A stretch of 64,000 nucleotides of DNA, from positions 12,706-76,705 of the forward strand of contig QPMI01000607.1 in NCBI GenBank assembly GCA_004431415.1, in the 5' to 3' direction. Source of the stretch: Cyanophora paradoxa CCMP329 (taxonomy: Eukaryota > Plantae > Glaucophyta). This document shows, one piece after another, positions 58,401 to 64,000 of this stretch (positions are counted from its first letter, which is position 1; every line of letters starts with the position of its first letter). The notes beneath the pieces were generated by a model, which saw only the letters and a list, made by a program, of their open reading frames with translations, searched no databases and was not told where the DNA came from. Both the position numbers and the translations under genes were made by a program.

Positions 58401-59742
58401 TCATAAAGTGAATATTGCGGGGATTGATGTTTCTGTTAATTGATTCCGCCGCGAATTTGTATACTAACTTTCCGTCGACATCAAAGACGCGGAAGCCTGT
58501 CTGAATTCTCTTACAGAATTTCTCGATATGGCGGAGCGTGAGAGCCAGAGAGTCGTCAGGTGTGCGTTCACGACCGTGAAAGAATTTATAGAGACCGTCG
58601 TACGACATAGTTAAGTCATTATATCGCGGTTTTGGCGCCTCCTGACACTTCTTAATGGACGCTCCCCATGTGGAGATGATCATATCATAGCCGCAAGCGT
58701 TAGATGTCGATGATTTGGGGAGCTCAATAACATCTTCGAACTCAGACGCGTTTGGATTTAATGTATAGTCTGTGAATTTGCTCATAATCGCGGTGCATCG
58801 CATGCTGTCCATTAACTCCTCATCCAGGAACTCATAGCGATTTCCAGGGATAGCACCGGCTCCGTCATCTTCGACACCTTCGCCCCCATTGATCACGACC
58901 TCATGAACAGTTATAAAGGCATCATCGACACTGCCGCCAAATCATCGAAACCTTTGCGTAGTTTTTTCTGTTCCTCGGTTGGTGGTGTCTTAAAGAAGAA
59001 TACCTCGTATGCTTGTCCGAAAGTTCCCAGACCAATCTTCAATTCATCGTAGTTTTCGAGTAAATCGAAGATTGAATCTCTCTCTTCCGAATAATAACGA
59101 TTTTGAGCGGTGAGAATTCCATACACTCTATCGATTTTTGCCAGAGCAAAGTTTCGCAACACCCTCACCGAAACTGTCTCTCTTATATTCTGGTAGGTGA
59201 CAAAGGTTTTGTCTTTTATATATGTTCCGGGAATTCGGAATAACAATTACCTCCGACGACCGAGCACCGGATCCGGGCGCCCATAGCTTGAACGTAATTG
59301 TTGCGAGAGTTTCCGGATCGTATGCGGCGATTGGATCGAGAATAGTGCGTTTAATCGCATCCTCTACCGCTTTTAGTTTACCTCTCTGCTGCTTCGCTTC
59401 GAGTTTCGCTTCTTTCGCCCGTTTCTGTTCTTGTTTGCGATCGAAGCGCTGTAAACGCTTCGCCTCTTGTTCTTTTTGCTTTTGCTTTTCTATATTAACT
59501 TGGGTGCGAGCGGCGCGTTTTTCTTTCCGCTCTGCCCTGCGGAAAACGCGGGGATTAATGATGCCATTCAGAGTATCCCGAATGTCGATCAGCGTTTGGA
59601 GCTTGGGCTTCCGATTCATTGTGTTGTGCATCGCCCAATGCGCCTGTTCTTCGGTTAGCAAATCCTGACTCAATCCCTGCATAATGTATCCGATAATTTC
59701 ATCCCGAACATTGTTAGCGATTCTGTTGGTTGCGCGCGGCAT
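55433..59742 (-). pseudogene. Divergent PolB-superfamily 1 helicase-HNH-like fusion replicase (multiple frameshifts)
   Basis: AVDMAKCYPSIL (Pol motif A); IRTDCLY (motif C, in frame just upstream of 56986); helicase motifs MPGSGKS, FDE, GDTYQ, HSTQGLTL, YTALTR; C-terminal CALC...VDRINNKRPH..NC..H..CN. Confidence 0.82.
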
Positions 59743-59845
59743 CTCTATTAGTTCTTTTAAAATAACCGGAGAAAATAATTTCGGCGCAATCTACCAAATT
59801 CTCCTTTCATACCCTTGTCGCCAATTCTTTAAGTGCTTTTTTGAC

Positions 59846-60317
59846 CTATACGGGGAATAAAAAGGGAGGTAAAAAATTAATCATTTTTGCATCGTACGGA
59901 TACTTTCCGCTACGGATTTTTCGCGTTCTCGACCACATGCTTTCGGGTCTCCCAGCGGGCTTTTGGCTGAGGTTTAGCGGTGGGTTCAGCTTGCGTTCCG
60001 CTCTTTTCCTTCGTTGGTATTCACGTGCCTTCTCTCGGATTTTCTCCGATACTCTTCATCGTCTTGGTATCGCTGCTGTTTACGAATTGCGATCTTTTGT
60101 AGCTGTTCCGGTGTGAATATAGTAGCCTCTCCGGCGGCTAATCGCTCTTGCTTTGTCTCTGATGCTTGTTTCGCTGCCGCTCGGCGTCTTTTTCGCGTTT
60201 TAATCTTAATCTCTCCGCCTTCTCCTCTTCTGTGATCACCTTTTTCGGTCGCCCGGGTCTGCGCTTTTCCTGCTGTGCCGCCATCGCCTCTTGGTTTGAA
60301 ATCTTGGGTTTCGCCAT
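59846..60317 (-). pseudogene. Basic AT-hook DNA-binding protein (frameshifted)
   Basis: MAKPKISNQEAMAAQQEKRRPGRPKK, then K/R/E-rich helices. The ATG follows the shared promoter-like motif. Confidence 0.55.
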
Positions 60318-61246
60318 TTACTATAACCGGAGAAAATAGTTTTTTGTCACTCTGTATTATTTCCCTTGCCCTTATATACCTTTTACCGAACCTTCAATTT
60401 TTGCCCTTGGCTCGATACAAGCGCCACCGAAATTCACCGCTCAATAACCGTTCCAGGCGGTTTGTTCTTGTTGCTGAGGATATACATAAGGTTGCTGAGG
60501 ATAAACATAAGGTTCGTTACATTTCATCGTCGCCTAATGCCATTTGATCAATCTATACATCGGATAAGGGAGTCAGCGCGCAATGACCTTCTACAAACTC
60601 AGGACATGATCGCCTTCTAATTGCTCTACATGCACGTCCTCTATCTGAGCGGTTTCGATATTGGAACTCATAGCCGCGGTCACAGGCGAGGGTGATCGAG
60701 ATCGTGGGTGGTTGTGATTGTCGCTATGGTTAGAATATACAGAAAGGGCCTACCTCCATGGTCTTCATCGGTAATATCAACCTCTACGGTTGTGTCGCAA
60801 CAGAGAGTTTGGCACGTGCTTGTGAAATGCAAATGAAACATTTCGATGCATTGTGTGATGAAATTCATCGACCCTACAATTGGGCAACGTATTAAATATC
60901 GGAGAAAATAAAGGGAATGAGCTATTGCTTGCTCGTGTGTTTCTTATGAGTTGGTCGACCTTATATGCTGTTTACAGAACCGACATGCCGTTTTGCAAGG
61001 GCATTCATTAAGACACGCTCTAAATACGGCGGGTTCAGCTTTGCCTTGCGGATATTCACAGTCATTAGCGGATATGGCGTTTACCACCGAGCATTGCGCG
61101 AAATTCGCTGGTGCAGTCGGCACTATATGTGCATATTGCGGGGCACCGATTGCTGACGAGTTACGGCTTGCGCATCTGTCTTTTCCTCCTTTTTAATCTC
61201 CTCTACGTCGACTTTTTGCTTTAATCCGAGTTTGAGATCTCTTTCT

Positions 61247-61741
61247 TTACGAGCCCTTTAATTTCTTGCGTTCGTTATAATCTTGCATCCATTTCTCGTA
61301 GTTAGAGACTTTCATTTCAAGGTCTCGCACTTTCTCTTCGAAGCTCATGACAACGTCGACAGGAACCGTGTGTTTTTGATAGGATCCGCGCTTTTTAAGC
61401 TCGTTTCGGCGGCTTTCGGGACGTCTTGCGTTTGTGCTGGCTTGCAACAACTTGCGCTTTAGTACTTTGTCGGTTGCTTCATCAACAGAGCCGCCTCCAA
61501 TCTGTGGTTTTACAGTAGCTAAATCCTCCATTTGGCGTTTACCGCTATCTTGGTTTCCCTTGTCCGCGGTGGCACTCGCAATAATCGCCTCTTGCTTGGC
61601 GACCTCCTCTGGCGAAGTGTCTATAAGATATTCGGGCATTTCGAGACCGCCACCCGACGTTAATCCAGACTCTTCAAGTCCGCGATTAGGATTACCAGAA
61701 GCGACCGTTTGAATGGTTTGAGGCTTCTTTCGGTAGACCAT
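61247..61741 (-). CDS. Hypothetical viral protein (164 aa)
   Basis: Clean ORF on the same strand as its neighbours, with a coiled-coil-like C-terminus. Confidence 0.55.
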   Translation of the reverse strand: MVYRKKPQTIQTVASGNPNRGLEESGLTSGGGLEMPEYLIDTSPEEVAKQEAIIASATADKGNQDSGKRQMEDLATVKPQIGGGSVDEATDKVLKRKLLQASTNARRPESRRNELKKRGSYQKHTVPVDVVMSFEEKVRDLEMKVSNYEKWMQDYNERKKLKGS

Positions 61742-61762
61742 GATTATCTTTCTTACACTTGA

Positions 61763-62599
61763 TTAACATTTTCTTTTTCTTAGGCGAAATTTGGGAAAGT
61801 TTGGGGATACCTTCAAGCTCACGCTCAAATTTGGATAAAGTTTTACACAGTTGTCGAATCTTTGACAGGCGGCGGTTTTGTGCTTGCTCCTCTTGTGTTT
61901 GCGCTTCTTTTCTTCAAAAGCCGCCCGCTTGTGGAATTTAGTAAACGGATGGTCATCGATCATATCGGCTTTTTCGACCCACCATCGCACAGAATACCGG
62001 TATTATCGTGAATGATCGCTTGGTAGCTATGACAGAATTCTTGGAACATGCGCTTGAAACTCTCTTTATCCATGTTCCCGAATTCGTGATATGCTTCAAA
62101 CTCTCGCATGTTTGACCAGCTTAGGAATATGATATACTCCGCATTGCTGCGAATGATCGTTGAAAGCTTTGTTAGTTTCTGCGATATTAAAGCCACGGAA
62201 CAAAACGTATGACGACCTTGCGCCATCAATTTATTTAGCAAATGATCGCGCGAAAGATCGATAGTTCCGGACTCCAAACAATCGTCGAGCACGATGAGAA
62301 TATTCTTTGGTTTCTTACCCGCAATGATAGCCTTTTGCGGGCTTCTATGATCGACTCTACATATTCCGGTTTCCAGGTATCATGCACTTCGTCTGTTATT
62401 TGACCCCAGAAACCGTTAAACTCGTAGGACAGAAAACCAGAACATACGAGATCTGGTCTTCGAGTTCTTTGATCAGCCACTTTAAGAATACCGATTTACC
62501 ACAATTGGTTTTCGCCAATAGGAGAAATCGTGCGGGAAGTTTCACCCTCTGTTTCGGGTTCCATTCTTCGAGATCCATGGGCGTCGTCCCTTTTTGCAT
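61763..62599 (-). pseudogene. A32/FtsK-like genome packaging ATPase (about 3 frameshifts)
   Basis: Walker A LAKTNCGKS, Walker B ILIVLDD, QGRH, LISQ, IRSNAEY. Confidence 0.88.
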
Positions 62600-62656
62600 T
62601 CTTTCACTATAAAAACAATAGAAAATAAGACTGAATGTGGTAATCGCACGAATTCC

Positions 62657-63961
62657 TTAGCTACTTACTCTGCGATTCCGTCGACCAATTATCATGATAT
62701 TTATGAGCGAGGCAATGCACTGAATTTGCATCTTCTGATAAGCGGCACCCGCATACCACTCCTCATTACCGACTCCTCCGGCTGTGACACCGTTGAATTC
62801 GAAGACCAGATCGAACGCCGATGTGCCTGTGGCATCGATGTAGCCCGTGTTCTCTTGGTTGAGAAGCGACGCCTTTCCGTTTCCAGCACCGAAGTAAATG
62901 CCAGTGAGAGCGGGTAGCTTGTGCTCTCGGTAAAATCGCCGAATTATATTTATCTTGAAGTTCGGTCGCGGCAATCATGAGAGGAAGCGAAGTATTCGGA
63001 GTAAAGGCGGTTATTGTTGAGTTCCACATAGAAGCTTACGGCGTTGGTTCTGAGTGCACGAGGAGCCAGAACCGAGAGAGTTCCGTTGTTCACCTTCGTC
63101 TTCGCGTTTTGGCGCACAGAGAATACGAGAGTGTGGATGAGACCCGCACCTGTGAGTTGCGAGAGATTGACTCGCGAACCGGAGGCGGTCGGCTGGAAAT
63201 CTGTGTGTAGGAAACCGATTTCGTTGTAGGGATCGCGATGCCAGTCGATTTAACACGGGCAATGGTCTCAGATACAACCGCCTCATCGGCATTTACGACC
63301 TTGCAGATAATGCGGGGTTTCAGCACTTGAAGGGAAGCACCACTGTTACGACGCGAAATATTGCCAACATTGTTTACATCCTCAATGATACCATCACCAA
63401 TCGCCTTGAATTCGATTTCGACCACGATCTCAGAGTTCAGAGCGCAAAGTGGGAACATCGCCTTCTCGAAAGGAGAGGGTAAATCGATTTCGTAGGTTCC
63501 ACCGACAGTGTTACCAGCGGTTCCGACAAGACCACCCACATAGCGAAGTTTCTTATCGAGTTCGCCCTGTTCGGTCATCAGAGAAAATACTGGTGACGAA
63601 ATCCTCTGGGACAACGTAGCGGAATGAAGCGTGAGAGATTTCGATGCGCTTAATTAGCGATCCAATAACGCGAAGGTAGCCAGTAGTTCAGCGACACCCC
63701 ATTCGTAGATCAGTGAGGGTGATCGGGTTAAGATCGAGTTGCAGCGCGAGACCATTCAGGAAATGGTAGCGGGGGATTTTGAAGACAACTCGGTTGCCGA
63801 GAGCGCTGGGTGGCTCAGTGTCGGGGCGACCAGAACTCGAAGTGGCTTAGTGCCAGAGGACGTTCCAATGACCAGCGACTTGTTTTAGGAAATAATCCTT
63901 GTAGTCATCGTGGTGAGCATAGATTTCAGCGTTGGGCGCTGGAATTGGCTGTTAGTTCCAT
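62657..63961 (-). pseudogene. Putative double jelly-roll major capsid protein (multiple frameshifts)
   Basis: Fragments GNRVVFKIPRYHFLNGLALQLDL, LIKRIEI, YEIDLPSPFEKAMFPLCALNSEIVVEIEF and GYIDATG. About 1.3 kb long and adjacent to the packaging ATPase. Confidence 0.62.
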
Positions 63962-64000
63962 GAGCGTTTCTCTCTTATCTTTGGGATCAGAAAATAATTT

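Larger units (their letters stand above)
52447..64000. mobile_element. Endogenous Polinton-like virus B (continues beyond the window; heavily frameshifted)
   Basis: Integrase, PolB-SF1 helicase fusion, A32-like ATPase and a putative double jelly-roll MCP. The left boundary is uncertain. Confidence 0.82.

Noticed and set aside
34206-63961. Programmed ribosomal frameshifting in the viral genes
   Set aside because: The shifts are numerous and often in homopolymers, and the duplicated satellite copies differ by the same kind of indel. Sequencing error or decay is simpler.
1-64000. rRNA, tRNA or snRNA genes within the tandem units
   Set aside because: I recognised no 5S, tRNA cloverleaf, Sm-site snRNA or hammerhead core. 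An Infernal/Rfam scan would be needed to exclude them fully.

Overview
Eukaryotic (probably protist or algal) genomic DNA in three zones. (1) 1-22.5 kb is a GC-rich complex satellite (about 1.5-2 kb monomers). It is interrupted by an 8.5-kb single-ORF non-LTR retrotransposon (APE-RT-RNase H-CCHC, minus strand, 15-bp target-site duplication) and carries a near-identical 6.34-kb tandem duplication. (2) 22.5-33.4 kb is a very GC-rich block of intron-containing genes: a histone H3 variant with an H3-like tail but a CenH3-like fold, a SET-domain gene, two Cys-rich unknown genes and a ~206-bp tandem array. (3) 33.4-64 kb is AT-richer, intronless, gene-dense endogenous viral DNA that looks like two adjacent Polinton-like elements. 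Element A (about 33.4-52.4 kb) encodes an AdoMet decarboxylase homologue, an rve integrase, a patatin-discoidin fusion, a fibre-gene cluster, a pPolB with an apparently deleted exonuclease and a truncated D5 helicase, but no recognisable capsid genes. Element B (about 52.4 kb to beyond the window end) encodes an AdoMet decarboxylase homologue, an integrase, a PolB-SF1 helicase-HNH fusion, a packaging ATPase and a putative major capsid protein. The most notable observations are the recurrent AdoMetDC-integrase module, a covarying ~300-bp hairpin plus iteron module found at each of the three major GC-to-AT junctions, and the hybrid H3/CenH3 gene. Many frameshifts sit in homopolymers and may be long-read errors. 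All protein calls come from motif recognition by eye, not from database searches.
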